64,000 nucleotides of DNA from Octopus sinensis (lineage: Eukaryota). This document shows positions 63,196-64,000 of this stretch, piece after piece. The notes beneath the pieces were generated by a model, which saw only the letters and a list, made by a program, of their open reading frames with translations, ran no database searches and was not told where the DNA came from. Numbering within the stretch: position 1 is the stretch's first letter; the number at the start of each line of letters is the position of its first letter. Position numbers and translations under genes: made by a program. The stretch spans positions 17,980,001-18,044,000 of the forward strand of contig NC_043000.1 in NCBI RefSeq assembly GCF_006345805.1. The letters run 5' to 3'.

Positions 63196-63306
63196 CACAT
63201 CTGAATACATGTGACTGTTGAATGAGGGACACCATTAAGTCCAAGTCCAACGCAACACCTCACTGCAGTGTTTCTACAGTGAAGATTATTAGGAAGACAT
63301 TCAGGT
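63196..63306 (-). CDS. Candidate upstream exon of the ARH-fold gene (coding or UTR)
   Basis: Pyrimidine tract plus CAG acceptor, GTGAGT donor, 111 bp, one open frame PECLPNNLHCRNTAVRCCVGLGLNGVPHSTVTCIQM; phase 2 end does not join 59732 directly. Confidence 0.4.
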
Positions 63307-63419
63307 CTGCAAATGTGAATGAGACAAAGAGACATGCTCAGATTTCCACATTTCTATTGAATTGGTTACATCTGTTGATGATATACATTTTTTATTAATA
63401 TCTTGCCTTATCTTATGAT

Positions 63420-63961
63420 AAACAAGCGCATTCAGAGAATGCAAACCTCTGCCACTAATGTCCTCTTAAAATGAGAATATCTGAAATAAACTCATGAACC
63501 CAACCACTCACAAAAAATGAAGTAAAAAAAAATGGAAAAATAGCCCAGAATCCTTGTTTGGTACCTGATTGGTCCCAATGGTAGTCATGGAAATATGAAG
63601 GTGGCTGCAGAAAATTTAGTAACAATAATAAATAGTTTATCTTTATCTAATACAAGACAACGTTAAATTCACTATTCAAAATAATTACAGCCTAAAGGGA
63701 GATAATTGAGAAAGACTTGAAAGTTAACATAAGATCGCAATCATGTAAAATGAAATAAATATAACAAATAATCCAGAATCCTTGTCCGGTACTGGATCAA
63801 TCCCAAAATTTAAGCACTTTGTGCCAGTCACGAGGCCAAACATTTCTAAAAGTTTCATCCAGATCCATCCAGCAGTTCTTGAGATATCTTGTCCACAGAT
63901 AAACAAACAATCAAACACGGCTGAAAACAATATCTCTGCCTTTGCTAAGGCGGAAGTAATA
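63420..63961 (+). mobile_element. Helentron/DINE-like non-autonomous element
   Basis: 5' AACAAGCGCATTCAGAGAATGCAAACCTCTGCC and 3' hairpin CTCTGCCTTTGCTAAGGCGGAAG followed by TAATAA; recognised by architecture only. Confidence 0.5.
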
Positions 63962-64000
63962 AGCATACAAAAGTTTCTTTTTGATGCTATATTTTCATTT

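Overview
AT-rich, repeat-dense eukaryotic genomic DNA, most likely an octopus/coleoid cephalopod (inferred from the SINE and LINE families, not from a database search). Three intron-containing genes can be assembled by hand from GT-AG exons. (1) The first four coding exons of EMC3 lie on the minus strand and the gene runs off the left edge. (2) A complete five-exon UXT (prefoldin-like) gene of 153 aa lies on the plus strand, head-to-head with EMC3. (3) An eight-exon ADP-ribosylglycohydrolase-fold gene of at least 392 aa lies on the minus strand; most of its metal-binding and catalytic residues are substituted, so it is a probable pseudoenzyme. The rest is mostly mobile DNA: at least four SINE families (two loci are tandem arrays), RTE, CR1 and CRE-like LINE fragments, a young CR1 RT frame, a decayed mariner, Helitrons, and TA-, TTAA- and 8-bp-TSD MITEs. 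The most unusual element is a 2.4-kb TSD-flanked retroelement encoding only a gag/ORF1-like CCHC protein, inserted in a SINE head. Splice, TSD and TIR coordinates were counted by hand; other repeat boundaries are approximate.
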